Assembly: GCA_012517385.1 (NCBI GenBank)
Contig: JAAYUZ010000150.1
Location: forward strand, 55 to 64,054
Source: Treponema sp.
GTDB lineage: Bacteria > Spirochaetota > Spirochaetia > Treponematales > Breznakiellaceae
Reading direction: 5' to 3'
Length of the DNA: 64,000 bases
Shown here: one piece after another, positions 8,749 through 17,519 of the stretch
Position numbering within the stretch: the first letter of the stretch is position 1
Layout: each line of letters begins with the position of its first letter
The notes under the pieces: model-generated
Told to the model about the DNA's origin: nothing
Database searches by the model: none
Seen by the model: only the letters and a program-made list of their open reading frames with translations
Made by a program: the position numbers and the translations under genes

Positions 8749-9399
8749 ATGAAAACCATTATTTGCTATGGAGATTCCAATACCTGGGGTGCGGATCCTG
8801 CCACCGGGGGCCGTTTTGACCACAGAACCCGCTGGACAGGGCGGCTCAAGGAACTGTTGAACAGAGGAGCCGATCCTGAGAATCCGGCTTACTGGATAGT
8901 AGAAGAGGGGCTTAACGGACGCACCACCTGCAGGGATGACCCCATTGAGGGGGACAAAAACGGCCTGCGGCAGCTACTACCGATACTGCAGAGTCATGCG
9001 CCATTGGACCTGGTCATTATCATGCTGGGGACCAATGACCTTAAGATCCGCTTTAACCCCACCGCCTATGACATCGCCCGGGGAGCCCAGCTGGTTGCAA
9101 AGGCAGCCCAGCGGTCCGAGGCTTTCCCGCCAGGAGCAGAGCCCAGGGTGCTCATGATCTGCCCTCCCCCTACGGCACGCTTAAGCTACTTTAAACCTAT
9201 CTTCGGTGATTGTGGCGAAATATCCCAGCAGCTTGCCCCCAGGTACCGTCAATTTGCCAAAGAGATTGGAGCCTTTTTCCTGGATGCGGGGGAATACATC
9301 CGTTCCAGCGATCTGGATGGCATCCACCTGGAAGCAAGCGAACACACAAAACTTGCCCAGGTGGTTGCACAGAAGGTCCAGGAAATTCTGCCACTCTAG
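8749..9399 (+). CDS. SGNH/GDSL hydrolase (arylesterase-like)
   Basis: The internal ATG at 8749 gives MKTIICYGDSNTWG (block I), MLGTNDL (block III) and DGIHL (block V). The upstream part of the 368-aa track ORF is antisense to the E1 gene. Confidence 0.85.
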   Translation: MKTIICYGDSNTWGADPATGGRFDHRTRWTGRLKELLNRGADPENPAYWIVEEGLNGRTTCRDDPIEGDKNGLRQLLPILQSHAPLDLVIIMLGTNDLKIRFNPTAYDIARGAQLVAKAAQRSEAFPPGAEPRVLMICPPPTARLSYFKPIFGDCGEISQQLAPRYRQFAKEIGAFFLDAGEYIRSSDLDGIHLEASEHTKLAQVVAQKVQEILPL

Positions 9400-9452
9400 T
9401 GGGGAGCAGGTAACATTCGCACTAGACAGTAGGTGCGCTGTCTCTGTGCGCA

Positions 9453-9472
9453 GGGCTGTGAGCGCACAGCCC
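9453..9472. terminator. GC-rich hairpin between convergent genes (possible bidirectional terminator)
   Basis: gggctgtg-agcg-cacagccc forms an 8-bp stem with a 4-nt loop, between the SGNH stop (9399) and the 603-aa ORF stop (9517). There is no clean U-tract. Confidence 0.3.
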
Positions 9473-9516
9473 AGTATTTACAGCTTTATGGTAGGTGTCA
9501 TCGCAGGTCTTTTTCC

Positions 9517-11328
9517 TCAATCTTCAGAAGAAATAAAGAAGCCTTCAGCTTGACAGAGGCTTTTAAACTTGCTCAGGTTTTTTGCAGGTACTGCGATTTT
9601 ATTTCCCTCCACCACATAAAAGAGGGCCCGCAGTTTTTCATTATGAATAAGCTCTGATACTGCCGGATCTTTAGTAGAAATATCGTAGATCATAGCCCCT
9701 TCCCGTTCTTTAATAATATGAAATCTAGCTTCTATGTTTTTAAAAAGAGTTAACCATCGTTGTGAAGGTTTCGCATCTATAAGCAGCTTAAATTTTGCAA
9801 TTCGCTCCCTTAGATCTTCCTTGTTTGAACAACCCCTTAAAAAAGATTTTTCATCGACTCGGTATCGCTCAGCCCCTAGCGGACGGCCAATCTGATCAAG
9901 AAAAAGCTTTCGCTCCAAAGATTTTCCCCGGAATGTCACGAGGAGCAGGTCCTTGTCTGCAATAGCTTCGTAGGTGGCTGTCGGAACCGTGGCATATTCA
10001 TCAACCAAACTAAGACAAAAAGAGCCGAGTTTCGTTACCCGCACCATATCCAAACTGTCAAAGACAGAAACTACCTTTCGTTTATCATTATAGACAAGTG
10101 GTTTTTGAGGAACCTTTTCGGTTAGTTCCACCAAGCCCAGAACCGCCATAAGATACCAGTAGCCCTTAAAAACAGGCAAACCCATGAGTACATGGAACTG
10201 GGGGCCCCGCACGGGGATATAATGTTGATAGTCTGCACTTATTACTCTATCCTCATGGACTTCGATAAAGTCGCCCTTCTGGCTTAAACCATAGAGTTCT
10301 GTATAGGGCGTAACATAGGAAAAGCGCTTGCCCTGGATAAAAAGTTTATAATACAACTGTTCTACCGAATACCAGCGCTGGGTTTCGGCACATTCCTTAA
10401 AAATTTTAAGAAATAAGCACCTGCAGTCAGGAACTCCTGAGGGTATATAGGCATCATTGCTTCGCCGCAGGCTCAGATGCTCCGTAAGCACCGCAAACTC
10501 AAAAAAACTGCCCACCCGGATACCATCCTGTTTATGGGTATTTTGCTGGGGTTCAAAAAAAAGTTTAAACTGTTGCTTAATAGCCGAGGGAGAAATGGGA
10601 CTTTCTATGGGAACTGCGCCTCGAAAACTGAGATACCAGCGAAAAAACAGATCAATCGGATCTAGCCCATAGTCCTTGCTCAATGGAAAGCCCTTCTGTC
10701 CACAGAGACTTCGGAACTCCTTGATCATACCCTTATTAAGTCCCGATGATATCCAATCCTCTATATAAGGCTTTTTATTCTTTTTAATGAATGCATCGCT
10801 CGCTTGAACCATCAAACCAAAGGTATCAAAGATCTGCTCTTCATTGGACCAAACAGCGCTCGGTTCTGCACTTTCTCCAGTATCCACATAGGCATCCGCT
10901 GTATCGATAAAGGGCCGGAAACTGGTTCTAAAAATGGGGAAAAGCCACATATATCCGCTTTGGTGGGGGGCAAAGAGCGCAAGGCCTGGGTACTCTTTGG
11001 TATTAGGCGTATAATAACTATCAATAATAGTCGATTCTCGAATGGCTAGTTTGACATCATAGTCAATTTCTAGACGTTTAAAATCCACAAATTCCCAGAG
11101 AACCGCTTCGGTTATGGCCTTCTGGAACCACGACTCCTGTTGGGTAAGCAATCTAGTAAATTGTTCTCGATCTAATGAAATAAGAAATTTCGCGATTTCA
11201 TTGGCCATGAACTCTTTAGATTTTACGGCAGAACGAGATGTTGAAGGTATTAGAAATTTATAGATGTTACCCAGAGTAAGGGAAGTTAACGAGAGTAGCC
11301 CATCTTTAATTTGCTCCATTGTCATCAC
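9517..11328 (-). CDS. Hypothetical 603-aa protein coupled to the SNF2 ATPase
   Basis: Long uninterrupted ORF starting (GTG 11328 / ATG 11325) 2 nt after the SNF2 stop codon. It is soluble, with no TM segments, and has no catalytic motif I can recognise. Confidence 0.75.
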   Translation of the reverse strand: MMTMEQIKDGLLSLTSLTLGNIYKFLIPSTSRSAVKSKEFMANEIAKFLISLDREQFTRLLTQQESWFQKAITEAVLWEFVDFKRLEIDYDVKLAIRESTIIDSYYTPNTKEYPGLALFAPHQSGYMWLFPIFRTSFRPFIDTADAYVDTGESAEPSAVWSNEEQIFDTFGLMVQASDAFIKKNKKPYIEDWISSGLNKGMIKEFRSLCGQKGFPLSKDYGLDPIDLFFRWYLSFRGAVPIESPISPSAIKQQFKLFFEPQQNTHKQDGIRVGSFFEFAVLTEHLSLRRSNDAYIPSGVPDCRCLFLKIFKECAETQRWYSVEQLYYKLFIQGKRFSYVTPYTELYGLSQKGDFIEVHEDRVISADYQHYIPVRGPQFHVLMGLPVFKGYWYLMAVLGLVELTEKVPQKPLVYNDKRKVVSVFDSLDMVRVTKLGSFCLSLVDEYATVPTATYEAIADKDLLLVTFRGKSLERKLFLDQIGRPLGAERYRVDEKSFLRGCSNKEDLRERIAKFKLLIDAKPSQRWLTLFKNIEARFHIIKEREGAMIYDISTKDPAVSELIHNEKLRALFYVVEGNKIAVPAKNLSKFKSLCQAEGFFISSED

Positions 11329-11330
11329 CC

Positions 11331-14306
11331 CTATGATGCACCTAAAAGGAAGTTTATATCCTCCGGAGTAAGGGATTTGATAAGATCCCCATCACTATTG
11401 AGTATGGAGGTAACCAGGTCAGCCTTTTGCTGCTGTAGTTCAAGGATTCGTTCTTCAATTGTATCCTTTGCAATAAGCCGGTAACTAAAGACCGGTTTGC
11501 TTTGTCCAATCCGATGGACCCGGTCTATAGCCTGAGCCTCTGCAGCTCGGTTCCACCAGGGATCAAAAATAAGCACATAGTCTGCGGCGGTTAAATTAAG
11601 TCCCACACCACCGGTTTTTAAGGTCATAATCATCACCTTAACATTCTCATCTGTCTGGAACCGACGAACCAGCCCCTGCCGGTCCACTGTGGAGCCGGTC
11701 ATGATCAGGTTGGCTAGGCCCCGTTGGGCTAAATCCTCAGAAAGCAGTTCTACCGTGGCTAGAAAGTTGGTAAACACAAGGCATTTGTGTCCCTCCGCCG
11801 CCAGGTTTTCTATCATCTCCAATAAGTAGTCCCGTTTTGCAGAGACTCTGGTGTATGCATCTTCTAATTCAGGAAGCCCCGCAAGTCTCCTTAAGACTGT
11901 CATAGCCTTAAGCAGACGGAAGAGGCCCTTCGTTCGATCCCCCGATTCAAAGGCATCCTGCACCTCCCGCAGTTCCTCCAAACGGGTCCTGTGATACAGT
12001 TCTAAATGTTCCTGATCCAGCTCTATTCGTACAGTCTGCTCGGTTTTTTTTGGCAGATCCTTGAGTACTTCGGACTTCATCCGCCGCAGAATAAAGGGGT
12101 ATATTTTAAGGCGCAATTCCCGGCTTACATCAGTATCCTTTAATTCCTGGATGGGCTTCATATACTGTTGCATGAATTCGGAATGGCTGCCAAAAAAGCT
12201 GGGATTAAGAAACGCAAAGAGACTATAGAGTTCTCCGAGATGGTTTTCTATAGGTGTGCCGCTCAGGGCGATTCTATTCCGTGACTTTAATGAAAGAATG
12301 GCCCGGCTGGTTTTATTTTCCATGTTTTTTATATTTTGAGATTCATCGAGAATGATGCATTCCCACTGAATATTCTGAAAAAGCTCCTGATCGATCCGAG
12401 CGGTTGTATAGGTGGAAAGAACGAGGTGTACGGAGGGATCTTTCAGCTCCTCCGCATCCCGTTGAACCCCATAAAAGATACGGAACCGCAGTTCTGGGGC
12501 AAAACGGCGCAGCTCCGCTTCCCAATTATACAAAAGAGAACGGGGCATGAGAATAAGGCTTGGACCCAATTTCATTTCTTTATACTGTTTGCGGAGCAGA
12601 GCGATAACTTGTACGGTTTTACCAAGACCCATATCATCTGCGAGACAGGCTCCCAGATTGTGCTTAGTCACATGTTCCAGCCAGCGAACCCCATACTGTT
12701 GATAGGGCCTCAGTGCCCCTTCTGCCAGCGGATATTCATCAACCTTGTCTGCTGCTTTTTGGGACTCCGCAAGCCGATTAATCCCACTGTAAAAGTCCCG
12801 AACCTGCTCCCATGCCTGGCCCTCTGCCGAAAGATCCTGTAAAGCTATAAGGGCAGGATAGTTAAAGAATGACACCTGGACCTCTTCTTTTTTTGTTTTT
12901 TTATCTGAACGAAGGGTTAAGATGCGCTGAAGTCGGTCCAATTCCTTTGGCAACAGATATATACGGCTTTCATCATTTAGTTTGATAAACCCCTGGGTGC
13001 TATACTGTTTAAGAAAATCGGTGTAGGAAAACTCCTGGTTTTCGAGTTTCACATCCGCCTTCCCGCTAAGGAAATCCACACCAGAGGAAAGATGGAGTTT
13101 CAGTTTTGGATGGCTAATGCGAACCTTATAGGTACTCAAAACCTCCGATTCCAAAAGCACAAAGTCCCGTATTAGTTCCTGGATATGCTCGCTGATAAGT
13201 CTGTTCGCCAAATCTGGGGTAAGAATAAAATAGCCCTGTTCTTCATAGACATCGGTACTCAGCTGTTTCCCAAACTGGCTTAGGATCCTACGGAAATGCT
13301 GTACCGGATCCGGCCCATAGATAAGATCAAATATCTGAATAGTACGAAATTCTTCATCAAGCTCCACCAAACGGATGATATCCTGATCCTCAAAAAAGCG
13401 CGGAGAATAACCTTGGAGATAGTGCAGCGGTTGAATATGTAGGTAGCCATAGGGATCCACTTCTTTAAAAAGGATTGATCTTAGAGTTTCCCGTTGGCCA
13501 CCATGGCTTATGGTATAGCCCTCGTAGTGAACTTCCAGATCGGGAACCCTGCTCAGTGCAATAGATAAAAAGAGAGGAAGCTCCTTGCTGGAACATCGTT
13601 GCTCCATGGAGTCTAACCAGTACCAGAGGGGCCCCAGATCCTGCACCACATACATACGATTATCTAGAATAACACGGTCCCGGCTTACCGGATACAGATC
13701 AGCAATGTCTGCCTTTCTTTGGAGGTCTGTGTTTTCAATATGCTCTTTAGCCTTTGTGGATCGGCCACGCCGGCCTTTTCTTTCGGGGTTTCCAGGCTCT
13801 TCAGTTTCAGAGGATTCCTCCTCTTCCAAATTCAGCAGCTCTAGGGAGAACTGTATATTATTCCTTTGTATCGGTAAAAGGCGCAAAACGATACGATAGA
13901 TCCCTGCCGCTCGCCTTATGGGAGTAAAAGTATCGTCTACTAAAAGTCCCGTATCCAGTGCAAGATCAAGTATAGACGAAGGAGGGTTTATGACAGTATC
14001 TTTGAAGGCTGAAAAAGGGGCAGAAGCTTCCTGAGGTGGATTAAAGGGGAAGCCTTGGGACAACAAGAAGGGAGTTTCTTCTCCTTGCGGTGTTTTTTGA
14101 GCCGAGGCTGTATATTCTCTGAGGGCTTGCCGCACCTGACCGGTAAAGCGTCGAAAATCGGGGTTGTAAGGGTTTCCATGGTTGTCTAAGACACTGAGCA
14201 TACACCGATTTCCGTATCTTTTCAGCATAAAGACAAAGGGAGGCCGCTGGGATCGGGCCCCTACTGCTGTTTTTAGTGAGTACGCTGTGGTCGTTCTTGA
14301 AGACAT
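11331..14306 (-). CDS. SNF2-family ATPase/helicase with long N-terminal SNF2-associated region
   Basis: Motifs LADDMGLGKT (I), DESQNIKN (II), LSGTPIEN (III), GGVGLNLTAADYVLIFDPWWN (V) and QAIDRVHRIGQ (VI) sit in the C-terminal ~470 aa. The N-terminal ~520 aa resemble the bacterial SNF2-helicase-associated domain. Confidence 0.9.
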   Translation of the reverse strand: MSSRTTTAYSLKTAVGARSQRPPFVFMLKRYGNRCMLSVLDNHGNPYNPDFRRFTGQVRQALREYTASAQKTPQGEETPFLLSQGFPFNPPQEASAPFSAFKDTVINPPSSILDLALDTGLLVDDTFTPIRRAAGIYRIVLRLLPIQRNNIQFSLELLNLEEEESSETEEPGNPERKGRRGRSTKAKEHIENTDLQRKADIADLYPVSRDRVILDNRMYVVQDLGPLWYWLDSMEQRCSSKELPLFLSIALSRVPDLEVHYEGYTISHGGQRETLRSILFKEVDPYGYLHIQPLHYLQGYSPRFFEDQDIIRLVELDEEFRTIQIFDLIYGPDPVQHFRRILSQFGKQLSTDVYEEQGYFILTPDLANRLISEHIQELIRDFVLLESEVLSTYKVRISHPKLKLHLSSGVDFLSGKADVKLENQEFSYTDFLKQYSTQGFIKLNDESRIYLLPKELDRLQRILTLRSDKKTKKEEVQVSFFNYPALIALQDLSAEGQAWEQVRDFYSGINRLAESQKAADKVDEYPLAEGALRPYQQYGVRWLEHVTKHNLGACLADDMGLGKTVQVIALLRKQYKEMKLGPSLILMPRSLLYNWEAELRRFAPELRFRIFYGVQRDAEELKDPSVHLVLSTYTTARIDQELFQNIQWECIILDESQNIKNMENKTSRAILSLKSRNRIALSGTPIENHLGELYSLFAFLNPSFFGSHSEFMQQYMKPIQELKDTDVSRELRLKIYPFILRRMKSEVLKDLPKKTEQTVRIELDQEHLELYHRTRLEELREVQDAFESGDRTKGLFRLLKAMTVLRRLAGLPELEDAYTRVSAKRDYLLEMIENLAAEGHKCLVFTNFLATVELLSEDLAQRGLANLIMTGSTVDRQGLVRRFQTDENVKVMIMTLKTGGVGLNLTAADYVLIFDPWWNRAAEAQAIDRVHRIGQSKPVFSYRLIAKDTIEERILELQQQKADLVTSILNSDGDLIKSLTPEDINFLLGAS

Positions 14307-14431
14307 TGATTATGTTTAACGTATTTTTGCCGATTTGAAAAGCCTGACATAATACTATTTGTACGTTTTATGCCCAGATTTTGACAGGGCGATAAGGGCC
14401 ACCCGGGCCCTTAATGATTAGATCACTCTAT

Positions 14432-16252
14432 TCAAACCTTGCCATACAGCGGCCCTAGGGTCTGACAGGCCCGATAATCGGCCCCTTCAGTATCCATACC
14501 AAAGGCACTCCAATAGCTGGGACGGTAGATCTTGCTGGTTTCCACATTATGCATGCAGACTGGAATGCGCAGGATCGACGCCAGGGTAATGAGATCCGCA
14601 CCAATGTGGCCGTAACTGATAGCCCCATGGTTAGCCCCCCAGGCAGCCATAACCGAATACACATCCTTAAAAGTACCAGTTCCTGTGAGGCGGGGTACAA
14701 ACCAGGTGGTGGGCCAGGTTTCATTAGTCCGTTTGTCCAGCTTGTCATGAACCTGTTCAGGTAGGGTAGCCGTAACACCTTCGGCGATCTGAAGCACCGG
14801 CCCCAGACCTTTTATTACATTGATTCGGCTAATAGTCACGGGCATTCCGCCTTCGGTCAGGAAATCCGATGAATAACCGCCGCCCCGGAAATAGCCCAGA
14901 TCTGCATAACGCCAGAGTGTTGCATCCAGGCAGGCACCGGCCTCTTCAGGGCTGATTTCCCAGAAAGGCTTCATGGCTGGTTTCCCAACCTTTCGTTGTT
15001 TTCCCGTTCCATCCATGGTGGTAGCCCCCGAATTAATCAGGTGGATGAATCCCTGGGCAGCCACACCGTCGGGCTTCCATCCCGTCACCCGCTGGACCGC
15101 TTCGGGGCTCCAATAGGTTCGCACATCGGAGAATATCTGGGCGGTCCCGGTCAGGAGATGACCAAAGAGCATGGCCGCCCCATTCAAAGAATCATTTTCG
15201 GTGGCCACAAGGTAGGGAGCACGGATTCCATTCCAATCAAAGGATGAATTTAGTATGGTCTCAAGAAAATCTCCGTTGGGGAAATGATCGGTCCAATGCC
15301 GCTGCCCTTGAAAACCGGCTAAAATTGCATTATGTCCCAGAGCTTCTTCATAGAGCCCCTTCCGTTTCAGGTCCGGGTTTCCCACCATGAGATCCCGGAC
15401 AATGATGGCCATTTTTACACTGGTAGCCCAGACTTCATCCTTTTTTTTGCGGCTGTGTTGTTTCTCCGGTGGATTAATATCCGGACCTTCCGTGCAGTTT
15501 GCTCTGACCCATGCCAGGGCCCGTTTGTATTCCGCTTCACTATAAATTTTTTCTTCGAAACGGCGAACCAGTTCACTCATATCCACATATTCGGTCCGCA
15601 TTCCCAGGTAATCCTGAAAGAAGTCCGGGTTTACAATTGATCCGGCGATACCCATGGACACCGAACCTATAGAAAGATAACTCTTTCCTCGCATCCAGGC
15701 CGCAGCAAGCCCTGAGCGGGCAAAACGGAGTATCTTTTCTGCCACATCGGCGGGTATTTTGTCCGTATCCTGCAGGTCCTGTACATCATGGCCATAGATG
15801 CCAAAGGCGGGGAGCCCCTTCTGATTATGGGCCGCAAGGACCGCCGCAAGATACACCGCCCCGGGCCGGTCAGTACCGTTAAAGCCCCAGACCGCCTTTA
15901 TTGTCAGGGGGTCCATGTCCATGGTTTCTGACCCGTAGCACCAGCAGGGGGTAACCGTCAGGGTTACGGCCACATTTTCCCGCCGGAACTTGTCGGCACA
16001 GGCTGCAGCTTCGGCAACACCGCCGATCGTAGTATCAGCGATAACACACTGAACCGGCATACCATTCGGATGCCGCAGGTTTTCCTGTATCAATTTCACC
16101 GCTGCCAGAGCCATACCCATGGTGACCCCTTCCAGGGATTCCCGCACACCACCGAGCCGCCCATCAATCGTTGGACGGATACCGATTTTGGGCAATTCAC
16201 CCCGATACCGGTTTTCAGGTGGATTCATTTTTAAACTGGTCAGATCTGCCAT
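14432..16252 (-). CDS. fucI: L-fucose isomerase
   Basis: 606 aa. The N-terminus ([29 protein letters not shown]) and the overall length match FucI. Confidence 0.9.
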   Translation of the reverse strand: MADLTSLKMNPPENRYRGELPKIGIRPTIDGRLGGVRESLEGVTMGMALAAVKLIQENLRHPNGMPVQCVIADTTIGGVAEAAACADKFRRENVAVTLTVTPCWCYGSETMDMDPLTIKAVWGFNGTDRPGAVYLAAVLAAHNQKGLPAFGIYGHDVQDLQDTDKIPADVAEKILRFARSGLAAAWMRGKSYLSIGSVSMGIAGSIVNPDFFQDYLGMRTEYVDMSELVRRFEEKIYSEAEYKRALAWVRANCTEGPDINPPEKQHSRKKKDEVWATSVKMAIIVRDLMVGNPDLKRKGLYEEALGHNAILAGFQGQRHWTDHFPNGDFLETILNSSFDWNGIRAPYLVATENDSLNGAAMLFGHLLTGTAQIFSDVRTYWSPEAVQRVTGWKPDGVAAQGFIHLINSGATTMDGTGKQRKVGKPAMKPFWEISPEEAGACLDATLWRYADLGYFRGGGYSSDFLTEGGMPVTISRINVIKGLGPVLQIAEGVTATLPEQVHDKLDKRTNETWPTTWFVPRLTGTGTFKDVYSVMAAWGANHGAISYGHIGADLITLASILRIPVCMHNVETSKIYRPSYWSAFGMDTEGADYRACQTLGPLYGKV

Positions 16253-16270
16253 ACCCTTACCTCCCTTTAA

Positions 16271-16299
16271 AACTCTAAAAAAATTACGCTTTTAGAGTT
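16271..16299 (-). promoter_or_regulatory. Perfect 10-bp inverted repeat in the fucI leader
   Basis: aactctaaaa-N9-ttttagagtt, ending 18 nt upstream of the fucI start codon and just downstream of repeat copy A. Function unknown. Confidence 0.3.
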
Positions 16300-16314
16300 A
16301 TCTCATTATTTATT

Positions 16315-16467
16315 GAGGTTTTTGCAAAAGTCTGTTACTTTTGCAAAAACCTCTTGCAGTATTTTTACATTAACAATGTAACTATTTACATAGAATAGAA
16401 TAGTAAAAATACTGCATGTACATTTAAGGTTGCTCTTTCAAAACTTCCTGAGTTTTGAAAGAGCCTC
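16315..16467 (+). repeat. 153-bp triple-hairpin intergenic repeat, copy A
   Basis: Three modules. Hairpin 1: gaggtttttgcaaaagt-ctgtt-acttttgcaaaaacctc. A 14-bp inverted repeat tgcagtatttttac...gtaaaaatactgca around an AT-rich core. Hairpin 3: gctctttcaaaact-tcctg-agttttgaaagagc. The same architecture occurs at 24857-25009 and 53309-53461. Confidence 0.9.
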
Positions 16468-17503
16468 GATTTACCGGCATTATAGTTACCGGCAAGCGTA
16501 CAATTTCCGGCTCCTGGGCGTTTACTGATCCCGCTTGAGGGATTGCCTTGGCTTCATCTACCTTTTTTAAAATCCAACGGGCTGCCCGTTCACCAAGGCC
16601 TGACACATCCTGGACGGCCACATATCGTAAAAGGGGCAAGAATGCCGAATAGACCGTTTCATCAAAGGCAGCGATCGCTATAGGCGGCAAAGACCGACCC
16701 TTTCGCTGTTCTTCTAACAGGCGTCGCTGAATACCGAGATGAACCAGCAGGTTCACTGCAACCAAAGCTTCAGGAAGTTTTTGCTCCTCCAGCAGTTCAC
16801 CCATAAGCCTGTACCCGTCTGCAATACCCAAGCCTCCCAGTCGAACGAGCTCTTCCCGTATCGTCAGCCCAGCATCTTCCATGGCACAGCGGTATCCCGC
16901 AAGCCGTTCCCGGGCAGTAGAAACGGTGCAGTCTCCGCCAATAAAGGCGATCTCCCGGTAACCATCCCCCACTAAAGCCTCCGTAAGGGAACGGGCTCCC
17001 GCTTCATTCTCCGAGAGAACCGCATCAAGATCAGAACCTGTTACCAGACGATCCACCAGAAGGAGGGGCATTCCTTGCCGCCCAAGCTGATTGAGGTGTT
17101 CCCCCACATCTCCTGCGGGAATTACCACGATTCCATCGACAAGCCGTTCAGCAAAAAGGGTAAGCCGCTTTTGTTCTTCCTTAACCGAATTCGAAGAGGA
17201 TGCTACCAGCAAGGTATACCCTGCCTGTTCGAAGACCCGCTCCATAGCTTCAGTCAGTTCCATAAAAAAGTCATTAGCAAGCTCCGGTGCGATGACCGCG
17301 ATTGTTTTTGTAGATCTGGTCTTAAGGCTCCGGGCCACATGGTTTTTTGTATAATTCAGCTGGGCCGCTGCGGCCATGACCCGTTGCCGGCTTTCTTCTG
17401 AAACCAGATGGGCAAAGGCTGGATCAAAGGCCCTGGAAACCGTTGCGGTTGAGAGCCCCGCAAGGGCCGCCACATCACGGACGGTCGCTTTCTGCTTTCT
17501 ACT
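16424..17503 (-). CDS. LacI-family transcriptional regulator
   Basis: HTH ATVRDVAALAGLSTATVSRAF follows the ATG at 17503 (MSRKQK...), then a periplasmic-binding-protein-like sugar-binding fold. The upstream 43 codons of the track ORF overlap the AEC gene and were dropped. The last 14 codons lie in repeat copy A. Confidence 0.85.
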   Translation of the reverse strand, partial: SRKQKATVRDVAALAGLSTATVSRAFDPAFAHLVSEESRQRVMAAAAQLNYTKNHVARSLKTRSTKTIAVIAPELANDFFMELTEAMERVFEQAGYTLLVASSSNSVKEEQKRLTLFAERLVDGIVVIPAGDVGEHLNQLGRQGMPLLLVDRLVTGSDLDAVLSENEAGARSLTEALVGDGYREIAFIGGDCTVSTARERLAGYRCAMEDAGLTIREELVRLGGLGIADGYRLMGELLEEQKLPEALVAVNLLVHLGIQRRLLEEQRKGRSLPPIAIAAFDETVYSAFLPLLRYVAVQDVSGLGERAARWILKKVDEAKAIPQAGSVNAQEPEIVRLPVTIMPVNRGSFKTQEVLKEQP

Positions 17504-17519
17504 CATAATCACCACATCC

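Noticed and set aside
14386-14412. Hairpin aagggcc-acccg-ggccctt downstream of fucI as a terminator
   Set aside because: It has only a 7-bp stem and no U-tract on the fucI strand. It may still function, but I cannot support it from sequence alone.
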